The notes beneath the pieces were generated by a model. That model had not been told where the DNA came from, did no database searches, and was given only the letters and a program-made list of their open reading frames with translations. The translations under genes and the position numbers were made by a program. A stretch of DNA of 32,000 bases from Enterobacterales bacterium endosymbiont of Anomoneura mori (GTDB lineage: Bacteria > Pseudomonadota > Gammaproteobacteria > Enterobacterales > Enterobacteriaceae_A): positions 180,001 to 212,000 of the forward strand of contig NZ_AP031381.1 in the NCBI RefSeq assembly GCF_047159375.1, in the 5' to 3' direction. Each line of letters opens with the position of its first letter. Positions within the stretch are counted from its first letter, which is position 1. Of the stretch, positions 18,257 to 27,242 are shown one piece after another.

Positions 18257-18749
18257 AATTTTTTAATAATATCTCCTAAATAATAATTATAATTAAATTA
18301 TTTTTTAAAAATATTTAATTTAAAAAAATTATATTAATTATTTTTAATTTTAATTGTAAATTTTTACCTATAACATTATTATTAATAATTTTTAAATTTA
18401 ATTTTTTTATATTTATAAATAAAAATTAATTATTATATTTATTTCAATTAATTTAATAAATATTTATTATTTTTTATATTTTTTATATTTTTAAATTTTT
18501 ATTTATAATTTTTAAAAATATATAAAAAAAATTTTTTAATTTTTTTATAAATTTATATAAATTAATAATAAAAATTTTTATATTTTTTATATAATTATAT
18601 AATAAATTTATTTTTATTAAATATTTAAATATAAATAATATATTTTTTTAAAAATAAAATTTTATTCATATTTTATTTTAAAAAAAATATTTAATTATAT
18701 TTAATATTTTTATTATTTTTTTTAAAATTAAATATGAAAAAATATTAAT

Positions 18750-18778
18750 TTGAATTATTTATTTTAAAATGTTATAAT
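18750..18778 (+). promoter_or_regulatory. rnpB promoter (near-consensus, extended -10)
   Basis: TTGAAT (18750-18755), a 17-nt spacer, then TGtTATAAT (18770-18778). The predicted start at about 18785 coincides with the first base of the RNase P RNA P1 helix. Confidence 0.6.
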
Positions 18779-18784
18779 AAATAT

Positions 18785-19107
18785 AAGTTAATTAAGCAGT
18801 AACCTTTAAATATAAAGGAGGAAAGTCTGGACTCTAAAGAGCAGAGTGCCAGATAATAACTGGGATATTTTACGAATAGTGCAACAGAAAATAAACCTAC
18901 TATAAATAAATTATAGAAAAATAAGGGTGAAAAATTAATAATTACCAAATTGGTAACAATTTGAATTATGTAAACTCCACTTAGAGCAAAGTTAAATATG
19001 AATTGTATTGCTCATACTAAATTCAGGGTTAACTGCTAAAATTAATAAGTAATTATTAATTTAGAAAAATTACTGCTCAAGACAAAATCCAGCTTATAAA
19101 TTAACTT
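18785..19107 (+). ncRNA. rnpB: RNase P RNA (bacterial type A), compact at about 323 nt
   Basis: This is a G/C-containing island in an A/T desert. Universal blocks are GGAGGAAAGTCTGGACTC (E. coli GGAGGAAAGTCCGGGCTC), GTGCCAG, AGTGCAACAGAAA, TAAGGGTGAAA, GTAAACTCCAC and ACAAAATCCAGCTTAT (E. coli ACAGAACCCGGCTTAT). P1 pairs AAGTTAATT (18785-18793) with AATTAACTT (19099-19107). P2 pairs AAGCAGTAA with TTACTGCT. A T-run follows. Confidence 0.93.
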
Positions 19108-19144
19108 TTTTTAAAAAAGATATTTTTAAAATTTAAATATTTTA

Positions 19145-21556
19145 TTAAATATCAATATTTAATATATTTAAAGCATTGTTTTTTATAAAATTACGTCTTA
19201 TTTCAACATTATCACCCATTAAAATATTAAATAATTTATTCGCATATATAGAATCTTTAATAGTTACATTTAACATATTTCTATTTTTAGGATTCATAGT
19301 ACTTTCCCATAATTGTTCAGGATTCATTTCTCCAAGACCTTTATATCTTTTAATATTTAAATCTTTTAAAATTTCTTTAAATAACCAATTTAAAGTCTCT
19401 TCAAAAGAAGAAACTAATTTAGTATTATTTTTTCTATTAATTATTGCATAATTTAAAAACATTAAATATAATTTATTATTTAAAAAAAAAATTTTTTTAT
19501 ATTCAATACTATTAAAAAATTCAATATTTATTTTATAATATATATTATTACCATATATATTTTTACAAAATAATGGTTCAAAAATTTTTTTTTTAATATT
19601 TTTAACAATTTTAAATGTATAATAAATAGAATTTTTTTTTAATATTTTATTAATTTTATTAACTAACATTAATAACCATTTTTTAATAATTTTATAATTA
19701 TTAAAATTATTTAATCCTATATAAAAAGATAAATTTAATAAATTAATAATTAAATCATATGGATATTTTTTATTAATATTTTTAATTTTTTTTTTAATAA
19801 TTAAATATTCATAAATTAATTTTTTTAAAGATTTTTTTTTAAAATTTATATTTTTTTTATTATACAAAATAGTATTTTCTAAAGCAATATTTATTTTATA
19901 TTTATTCATATTTTTATCATCTTTAACATAATATTTTTTATTTTTAATTTTTATTTTATATAATGGAGGTTGTGCAATATAAATAAAACCTTTTTTAATA
20001 ATTTCAGGTATTTGTCTATAAAAAAACGTTAATAATAAAGTACGTATATGCGATCCATCAATATCAGCATCTGTCATAATTATAATTTTATTATATTTAA
20101 TTTTATTAATATTATATTTTTCTTTTTCAATAAAACCACCTATTGCAGATACTAAAGAAATTATTTCTTGAGAATTTATTATTTTATTAAAATTTGCTTT
20201 TTCAACATTTAATATTTTACCTTTTAATGGTAAAATTGCTTGAGTTTTACGATCTCTACCTTGTTTAGCAGATCCTCCTGCTGAATCTCCTTCAACTAAA
20301 TATAATTCAGAAAAAATAGGATTATTTTCTTGACAATTTGCTAATTTACTTATTAAATTTAAATTTATTAAATCTTTTTTACGTGAAATTTCACGTGATT
20401 TACGTTCTATTTCTTTTGATTTATATAAATTTATAATTTTTTTTATTATATTTTTTTTAATATTTTTATATTTATTTAAAAATTTTGTTAATTTTTTAAT
20501 TACTACTAATTCAATAATTTTTTTAACTTTTAATGAAACTAATTTATCTTTTGTTTGAGAAGAAAATTTAGGATTATTTAATTTTACTGAAATAATACTT
20601 ACTAAACCAGAACATATTTCATCATTTAAAGAAATTTTTTTTTTTTTTTTAATATTTTTATTTTTAAATATAAAATTATTAAAAATTTTAATAATAGCAT
20701 ATTTCAATCCAGATAAATGACTACCACCATCAATTTGTTGAACATTATTAGTAAAACAATAAATTTTTTTATTATTATTATAATTCCATTGTAAAACAAG
20801 TTTAATTTTTACATTATTTTTAATTATTGAAATTTTAAAAATTTTTTTATGAATTAAATTATTATTTTTATTAATAAATTTTATAAATGATTTTAAACCT
20901 CCAAAATGTTTTAAAAAATCTTTTTTATTATTTCTTTCATCTCTTAAATATATTGAAATTAAACAATTTAAAAATGTTAATTTATGTAAATATTTTAAAA
21001 TAATATTATAATCAAAATTAATAATATTAGTAAATATTAAAAAACTAGGCCAAAAACGAATACTTGTTCCATTTTTAGTAGTTTTTTTTATTATTTTTAA
21101 TTTATTTTTAGGTATACCATTTAAAAAAATTTGTTTATAAATTTTATTATTTCTATAAATAATTAATTTTAATTTTTTTGATAAAGCATTTACAACTGAA
21201 ATACCAACTCCATGCAAACCACCTGTAGTTTCATTTAAATTATTATTAAATTTACTTCCAGAATGTAAAATAGTCATAATTATTTCTGCTATTGAAATTT
21301 TTTCTTCAGGATGTATACTTGTAGGTATACCACGTCCATTATCTTGAATTGATATTGAATTATCATTATGAATAGTAACTACAATTTTATTACATTTTCC
21401 AATAATAGTTTCATCTATAGAATTATCAATAACTTCAAAAACCATATGATGAAAGCCATCTCCATTTTCAGTACTTCCAATATACATTCCAGGACATTTA
21501 CGTACTATATCTAAACCTTTTAAAATTTTTATATTTTTAGAATTATTATTAATCAT
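19145..21556 (-). CDS. gyrB: DNA gyrase subunit B
   Basis: 803 aa against 804 aa in E. coli. Matching motifs are PGMYIG, HHMVFEVIDNSIDE, EGDSAGGSAKQGRDR, PLKGKILNVE, IMTDADIDGSHI and KGLGEMNP. Confidence 0.98.
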   Translation of the reverse strand: MINNNSKNIKILKGLDIVRKCPGMYIGSTENGDGFHHMVFEVIDNSIDETIIGKCNKIVVTIHNDNSISIQDNGRGIPTSIHPEEKISIAEIIMTILHSGSKFNNNLNETTGGLHGVGISVVNALSKKLKLIIYRNNKIYKQIFLNGIPKNKLKIIKKTTKNGTSIRFWPSFLIFTNIINFDYNIILKYLHKLTFLNCLISIYLRDERNNKKDFLKHFGGLKSFIKFINKNNNLIHKKIFKISIIKNNVKIKLVLQWNYNNNKKIYCFTNNVQQIDGGSHLSGLKYAIIKIFNNFIFKNKNIKKKKKISLNDEICSGLVSIISVKLNNPKFSSQTKDKLVSLKVKKIIELVVIKKLTKFLNKYKNIKKNIIKKIINLYKSKEIERKSREISRKKDLINLNLISKLANCQENNPIFSELYLVEGDSAGGSAKQGRDRKTQAILPLKGKILNVEKANFNKIINSQEIISLVSAIGGFIEKEKYNINKIKYNKIIIMTDADIDGSHIRTLLLTFFYRQIPEIIKKGFIYIAQPPLYKIKIKNKKYYVKDDKNMNKYKINIALENTILYNKKNINFKKKSLKKLIYEYLIIKKKIKNINKKYPYDLIINLLNLSFYIGLNNFNNYKIIKKWLLMLVNKINKILKKNSIYYTFKIVKNIKKKIFEPLFCKNIYGNNIYYKINIEFFNSIEYKKIFFLNNKLYLMFLNYAIINRKNNTKLVSSFEETLNWLFKEILKDLNIKRYKGLGEMNPEQLWESTMNPKNRNMLNVTIKDSIYANKLFNILMGDNVEIRRNFIKNNALNILNIDI

Positions 21557-21676
21557 TTAAATTCCAAAAAAAATTTTAAATATTTAATAAAAAATTTTAT
21601 TTATTTTAAAATACTATAAATAATTAGTATATATATTAAAATATATAAATATATATATAAATTATATAATATTTTT

Positions 21677-21748
<72 letters not shown>

Positions 21749-21754
21749 GTTATA

Positions 21755-21783
21755 ATTATATTTTTTAATATATATTTTTACAA
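21755..21783 (-). promoter_or_regulatory. Candidate sigma70 promoter for tRNA-fMet
   Basis: On the minus strand: TTGTAA (comp. 21778-21783), a 17-nt spacer and TATAAT (comp. 21755-21760). The -10 element ends 6 nt before tRNA position 1. Confidence 0.45.
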
Positions 21784-21853
21784 TATAATTTATTATAAAA
21801 ATATATTATTAAATATAATTAATATTTATTAATTAATAAAATATTTTAAAAAT

Positions 21854-23326
21854 TTATAATTGTTTCATAGTTGGAAATAATATAACATCACGAATTGAAT
21901 TACTATTAGTTAATATCATTATTATTCTATCAATACCTATACCTAAACCAGCAGTTGGAGGTAAGCCATATTCTAAAGCTTTAATAAATTCTTTATCATT
22001 ATATATAATATTATTTTTATTTTTATTAGTTTTTATTTGTTCTTTAAAACGTTCATTTTGATCTTTAGAATTATTTAATTCTGAAAAACCATTACAAATT
22101 TCAATTCCTCCAATAAATAATTCAAATCTTTCTGCAATACTTGAATTATTATATTTTCTTTTAGATAAAGGAGATATTTCAATTGGATATTCAGTAATAA
22201 ATGTTGGTTTTAATAATTTATGTATAACTAAAATTTCAAATAAATTATTTATAATATTTCCAATTTTAAAATGTTTTTTAATTTTTATATTAATAGATTT
22301 TAAAATTTTCTTTAAATAAAAAATATTAAAAATATATTTAATATTAATATATTTATAATATTTTTTAATTGATTTTATCATTGTAATTTTTTTAAAAGGT
22401 TTATTAAAATCTAATAATTTATTTTTATATAATATTTTTTTTTTATTAAATAATTTAATAACTATTTTTTTAAATAAAGATTCAATAAATTTAATTAAAA
22501 TTTTATAATCTGCATATGCCATATAAAGTTCCATCATAGTAAATTCTGGATTATGTTTTGAAGATATTCCTTCATTACGAAAATTTTTATTAATTTCATA
22601 AACTCTTTCAAAACCTCCAATTACTAAACGTTTTAAATATAATTCTGGTGAAATACGTAAATACATTTTTATATTTAAATAATTATGATAAGTTATAAAA
22701 GGTTTTGCAATAGCACCTCCAGGAATTGTTTGTAACATTGGGGTTTCAACTTCAATAAATTTATTTTTATTCATATAATTACGAATATAAAAAATAATTT
22801 TAGAACGAATTTTAAAAATATTATAAGAATTATTATTAATAATTAAATCTAAATAACGTTGTCTATATTTTATTTCATTATCTAAAATTTTATTAAATTT
22901 ATTTGGTAATAAACGTAAAGATTTTTTTAATATATATAATTTATTACAAAAAATTGATAATTCTCCAGTTTTTGTTTTAAATAAAAACCCTTTTACTCCT
23001 AAAATATCACCTAATTTACATTTTTTAAATTGTTTTTCATATATTTTTTTTGATATTTTATTTTTTGTAATATATAATTGAATATATCCTCCCATATCTT
23101 TTAATTTAACAAAAGAAGCAGAACCCATTATTCTAAGATTCATAATTCTACCTGCAACACTTATTTTTTTTTTATTTAATTCTTTTATATTTTTTTTATT
23201 ATATTTATTATGTATTTCATTAGATATATCAATACGTTTAAAATTTTTAAATATATTTTTTTTTTTTTTTAAATAATTTTTTTTTAATTTATAATTAATA
23301 TATAAATATATTTTTTTAACTATCAT
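21854..23326 (-). CDS. lysS: Lysyl-tRNA synthetase (class II)
   Basis: 490 aa. Blocks colinear with E. coli LysS include RYRQRYLDLI, EVETPMLQTIPGGA, YLRISPELYLKRLVIGGFERVYEINKNFRNEGIS, HNPEFTMMELYMAYADY and GLPPTAGLGIGIDR. Its ATG lies 2 nt after the prfB stop, matching the E. coli prfB-lysS operon. Confidence 0.98.
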   Translation of the reverse strand: MIVKKIYLYINYKLKKNYLKKKKNIFKNFKRIDISNEIHNKYNKKNIKELNKKKISVAGRIMNLRIMGSASFVKLKDMGGYIQLYITKNKISKKIYEKQFKKCKLGDILGVKGFLFKTKTGELSIFCNKLYILKKSLRLLPNKFNKILDNEIKYRQRYLDLIINNNSYNIFKIRSKIIFYIRNYMNKNKFIEVETPMLQTIPGGAIAKPFITYHNYLNIKMYLRISPELYLKRLVIGGFERVYEINKNFRNEGISSKHNPEFTMMELYMAYADYKILIKFIESLFKKIVIKLFNKKKILYKNKLLDFNKPFKKITMIKSIKKYYKYINIKYIFNIFYLKKILKSINIKIKKHFKIGNIINNLFEILVIHKLLKPTFITEYPIEISPLSKRKYNNSSIAERFELFIGGIEICNGFSELNNSKDQNERFKEQIKTNKNKNNIIYNDKEFIKALEYGLPPTAGLGIGIDRIIMILTNSNSIRDVILFPTMKQL

Positions 23327-23328
23327 TT

Positions 23329-24420
23329 TTATAACCCTGCTTTTAAACTAGCTTTAATAAATAAATCTAAATTAATATTTGTTATATTTTTCACATTATT
23401 AATTTGATAATTTGTTCGAATATCTTTAATTATAGAATTATCAAGAATATATGAACGTATTTGATTACTCCAAGAAATATTTTTTTTATTATCTTCTATT
23501 TTTTTTTTAATATTTTTTTTTTTTAAAAATTCTAAATTTAATAATTTTAAATTTAATTTTTTAAGAGCATTTTTTTTATTTTTATGTTGTGAACGACTAT
23601 TTTGACATTGAACATAAATATTTGTTGGTAAATGTTTTATTCTTACTGCAGATTCAGTTTTATTTATATGTTGACCACCTGCACCTGAAGAACGATATAA
23701 ATCAATACGCAAATCAGAATAATTATAATTTATATTAATATTATCATTTATTTCTGGATATACATAAACTGAACTAAAAGAAGTATGTCGTTTATTATTA
23801 TTAAATGGATTTTTTCTAACTAATCTATGTATTCCAGTTTCAGTACGTAACCAACCATATGCATTATTACCAATAATTTTCATAGTAATTGATTTAATAC
23901 CTATATTATTATTAATTTTTTTTTCTATAAATTTAATTTTAAAATTTTTTTTTTCTGCCCAATTTAAATACATTTTAAATAATATATTACACCAATTTTG
24001 TGAATCAATTCCTCCAGAACCTGCTTTAATATTTATAAAACAATTAAGTTTATCATTTTTACCTAAAAAAAAACATTTTTCTTCTAAATTGTTGATTTTT
24101 TTTTTTAAATAATTTAAATTATTTTTAATAACATCAAAAATTTTTTCATCTTTTGTTTTTTCAAATATTTTTAATAATTTAAAATTATTAAATATATTAT
24201 CTTTTAAAAAATTAATTTTTTTAAATATATTTTTAATTAAAATAAATTCTTCTTTTAATTCTAAAAATAAATTATTACTCCAAAAATCAGGATTTTTTAA
24301 TTTATAATTTATTTCTTCTAAACGAATTTTTTTTTTTTTATAATTTATTTTTTTTTTAATATTAATTAAATATTTTAAAATTTTTTCATTTTTTTCTTTT
24401 AATATTTTTTTTTTATTCAT
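23329..24420 (-). CDS. prfB: Peptide chain release factor 2, encoded in one uninterrupted frame
   Basis: 363 aa. SGAGGQHINKTESAVRIKH carries the GGQ motif. YGWLRTETGIHRLVRK, QCQNSRSQHKNK and the C-terminus FIKASLKAGL match E. coli RF2. There is no internal in-frame TGA or +1 shift site. Confidence 0.96.
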   Translation of the reverse strand: MNKKKILKEKNEKILKYLINIKKKINYKKKKIRLEEINYKLKNPDFWSNNLFLELKEEFILIKNIFKKINFLKDNIFNNFKLLKIFEKTKDEKIFDVIKNNLNYLKKKINNLEEKCFFLGKNDKLNCFINIKAGSGGIDSQNWCNILFKMYLNWAEKKNFKIKFIEKKINNNIGIKSITMKIIGNNAYGWLRTETGIHRLVRKNPFNNNKRHTSFSSVYVYPEINDNININYNYSDLRIDLYRSSGAGGQHINKTESAVRIKHLPTNIYVQCQNSRSQHKNKKNALKKLNLKLLNLEFLKKKNIKKKIEDNKKNISWSNQIRSYILDNSIIKDIRTNYQINNVKNITNINLDLFIKASLKAGL

Positions 24421-24526
24421 TATAAATTCCTTTATAAAATAATTATTTATTTTTTATATATTATTATTATAGTTTTTAAGTAAATATTATTATAATAATA
24501 TTTATTATTTTATAAATATAAATAAA

Positions 24527-25441
24527 ATGAAAATTATTGGAATATTAACAAGTGGTGGTGATTCACCTGGAATGAATGCTGCTATAAATGGAATTTTAAA
24601 AACCGCTTTTATTAATAAAATTAAAGTATTTGGAATTTATAATGGTTTTAAAGGTTTATATAAAAATAATATTAAAGAAATAATTAAAAATAAAAAAATA
24701 AATCTAATAAATATTGGTGGTACTTTTTTGAGGTCTTCAAGATTTAAAGAATTTGAAAATAAAAATATAAGAATTAAAGCAATTGATAATTTAAAAAAAA
24801 AAAAAATAGATTCATTAATAATTATAGGTGGTAATGGTTCTTATATTGGTTCTAAATATTTAATAAAAGAAGGTTTTTCTTGTATTTGTTTACCAGGAAC
24901 AATTGATAATGATGTTATATGTACAGATTATTCTATAGGTTATTTTACTGCTTTAGAAACAATAGTAGAAGCAATAGATCGTATTCGTGATACTGCATGT
25001 TCACATAAAAGTATATTTATTATAGAAATAATGGGAAGATATTGTGGCAATTTAACAATTGCTAGTGCTATTGCTGGAAAATGTGAATTTTTCATAATTC
25101 CTGAAATAAATTTTAATATTAAAAATTTAATTTATGAAATTAAATTAAAATTATTAAAAGGAATTAATAATATAATAATAGCTATTACAGAAAATATTTA
25201 TAATATAAAAAAACTTTCAAAATATATTAGAAAAAAAATAAAATTTGAAGTTAAAACAGTAGTTTTAGGTTATATTCAACGTGGTGGAAAACCAATTTCA
25301 TATGATAGAATTTTAGGTTTTCGTATGGGTTCATATTCAATTAAATTATTAATAAAAGGATATAATAATATATGTATTGGAATTAAAAATAATAAAATTA
25401 TATTTAAAAATATTATTAAAGAAATTAATAAAATAACTTAA
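24527..25441 (+). CDS. pfkA: ATP-dependent 6-phosphofructokinase
   Basis: 304 aa; the C-terminus is about 16 aa shorter than E. coli PfkA. Matching motifs are TSGGDSPGMNAAI, GGTFLRSSRF, LPGTIDND, MGRYCG and LGYIQRGG. Confidence 0.95.
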   Translation: MKIIGILTSGGDSPGMNAAINGILKTAFINKIKVFGIYNGFKGLYKNNIKEIIKNKKINLINIGGTFLRSSRFKEFENKNIRIKAIDNLKKKKIDSLIIIGGNGSYIGSKYLIKEGFSCICLPGTIDNDVICTDYSIGYFTALETIVEAIDRIRDTACSHKSIFIIEIMGRYCGNLTIASAIAGKCEFFIIPEINFNIKNLIYEIKLKLLKGINNIIIAITENIYNIKKLSKYIRKKIKFEVKTVVLGYIQRGGKPISYDRILGFRMGSYSIKLLIKGYNNICIGIKNNKIIFKNIIKEINKIT

Positions 25442-25558
25442 AATATTAATATATATAAAAAAAAAATAATTTAAAAATAAATAATTTTATTTTATTATAA
25501 AATATTAAAAATAATATAAATAAATAATAATTTAAAAATAAATATTAAATATAATATT

Positions 25559-26959
25559 ATGAAAATTATAACAAGATTTGCACCAAGTCCTACAGGATTA
25601 TTACATATTGGTGGAGCACGTACAGCATTATATTCATGGTTATTAAGTCGTTGTAATAAAGGTAAATTTATATTAAGAATAGAAGATACTGATATTAAAC
25701 GTTCAAATATTAAATCAATTAATTCTATTTTAGAAGGATTAAAATGGTTAAAAATTAATTGGGATAAAGGTCCTTTTTTTCAATCTAACAATTTATATAG
25801 GTATAAAAAAGTTATATATAAAATGTTAAAACAAGGTAGTGCATATAAATGTTATTGTTCTAAAGAACGTTTAAAAAAATTAAGAAATTATCAAATTATT
25901 AATAATATAAAACCTCGTTATGATAAATTTTGTTTATATAAAAATATTAAAAATATAAAAAATAAAAAATATGTAGTACGTTTTTGTAATCCAGAAAAAG
26001 GTAATGTTTTTTTTAATGATGAAATAAGAGGTTTAATTAAAGTTAATAATAAAGAATTAGATGATTTAATAATTTGTAGAGAAAATAATATTCCTACATA
26101 TAATTTTTGTTCTATTATAGATGATTTAGATATGAATATTACTCATATAATTAGAGGTGTAGAACATATTAATAATACTCCAAGACAAATAAATATATTA
26201 AAACAATTAGGTGCTAAAATTCCTAAATATTTTCATGTATCTTTAATTTTAGGAAATGATGGTAAAAAATTATCTAAAAGATATAATATTAATAGTATAA
26301 ATGAATATAAAAAAAATGGTTATTTATCAGAAGCTTTAATTAATTATATTTTTAAACTTGGTTGGTCATATAAAAATAAAGAAATATTTACATTAAAAGA
26401 TATGATAAAATATTTTAATATAAAAAACTTTATTAAATCTTCAAGTATTTTTGATATTAAAAAATTAAATTGGATTAATAGATATTATATAAATAATATA
26501 GATATTAAAAAAATAAAATTTAAAATTTTACCATATTTTAAAAAAAAAAATATAAATATTAATAATAAAAAAAATTTAAAAAAAATAATTAAATTATTTA
26601 TAAAACATTCTAATAATTTAAATGAAATAGTTGATTCATGTAATTATATTTATAATAATAATATTATATTAAATTATAAAATAATTGAAAAAATTATAAA
26701 AAAAAAAAATAATTTAAAATTATTTATAATAATTTATAATAAAATTAAAAAAATTAATTTTTGGTCATATAATAATATTAAAAATATAATAAAAAAAATT
26801 AAAAATGAATTTTATTTAAATATGTATGATATATGTATGCCTTTACGTATTGTTATAACAGGTAAAATAAATACACCTGATATTAATAATATTATATATT
26901 TAATTAAAAAAAAAAATTTTTTATATCGTTTAAATAACATAATAAATTTATTTTATTAA
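25559..26959 (+). CDS. gltX: Glutamyl-tRNA synthetase
   Basis: 466 aa. TRFAPSPTGLLHIGGARTALYSWL carries the HIGH-type motif and KLSKR is present. CYCSKERL is colinear with the zinc-site region of E. coli GluRS. Confidence 0.96.
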   Translation: MKIITRFAPSPTGLLHIGGARTALYSWLLSRCNKGKFILRIEDTDIKRSNIKSINSILEGLKWLKINWDKGPFFQSNNLYRYKKVIYKMLKQGSAYKCYCSKERLKKLRNYQIINNIKPRYDKFCLYKNIKNIKNKKYVVRFCNPEKGNVFFNDEIRGLIKVNNKELDDLIICRENNIPTYNFCSIIDDLDMNITHIIRGVEHINNTPRQINILKQLGAKIPKYFHVSLILGNDGKKLSKRYNINSINEYKKNGYLSEALINYIFKLGWSYKNKEIFTLKDMIKYFNIKNFIKSSSIFDIKKLNWINRYYINNIDIKKIKFKILPYFKKKNININNKKNLKKIIKLFIKHSNNLNEIVDSCNYIYNNNIILNYKIIEKIIKKKNNLKLFIIIYNKIKKINFWSYNNIKNIIKKIKNEFYLNMYDICMPLRIVITGKINTPDINNIIYLIKKKNFLYRLNNIINLFY

Positions 26960-26986
26960 TAATTTTAAAATTTTTAAAATTATTAA
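26956..26986. terminator. A/T-only palindrome overlapping the gltX stop; a possible weak terminator hairpin
   Basis: TTAATAATTTTAAAA (26956-26970), T, TTTTAAAATTATTAA (26972-26986). The 15-nt arms are exact reverse complements. The arms are A/T only, and by my rough estimate about one such palindrome could arise by chance in this window's intergenic DNA, so support is weak. Confidence 0.25.
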
Positions 26987-27242
26987 TAAAATAAATTTAT
27001 ATTTTTAAATTAATAAATTAATTATTAAAATTAAATTAATTTAAAAATATTAAAATAAATATATTTTTTAAAAAAATTTTTATAAATATAAATTTATTTG
27101 TTTTATATATATAAATAATATAACAATTTTTTAATTTTTTTAATAAATATTATCATATTATTATAAATAAAAATTAAAATATTTTAAATTTTTTTTATTT
27201 ATAAATAAATAAATAAATTTTTAAATATTTATTTTTAAATAT

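Noticed and set aside
18470-18513. Regularly spaced T-tracts suggesting helically phased DNA curvature
   Set aside because: Tract starts are spaced about 8-9 bp (18470, 18479, 18488, 18496, 18509), not about 10.5 bp. This is not distinguishable from background in this composition.
18257-18784. The A/T desert next to gyrB as oriC
   Set aside because: I found no TTATCCACA-like DnaA boxes; the region has almost no C or G. dnaA and dnaN are not adjacent and there are no GATC clusters. I keep it as a low-weight alternative in the finding and do not call it an origin.
19176-19451. Track ORF of 91 aa on the + strand
   Set aside because: It is antisense to the conserved C-terminus of gyrB. I treat it as a shadow ORF.
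21600-21676. A TA-rich low-complexity run (GTATATATATTAAAATATATAAATATATATATAAATTATATAAT) as a microsatellite or repeat element
   Set aside because: It is short and imperfect with no defined unit copy number. It is probably just the gyrB promoter region in A/T-saturated DNA.
24482-24503. A perfect 22-bp palindrome, AAATATTATTA|TAATAATATTT, in the prfB/pfkA divergent intergenic region; possible operator
   Set aside because: It is A/T only. In an effectively two-letter sequence an 11+11 palindrome is expected roughly once or twice by chance in the few kilobases of intergenic DNA here. I recognise no known operator consensus.
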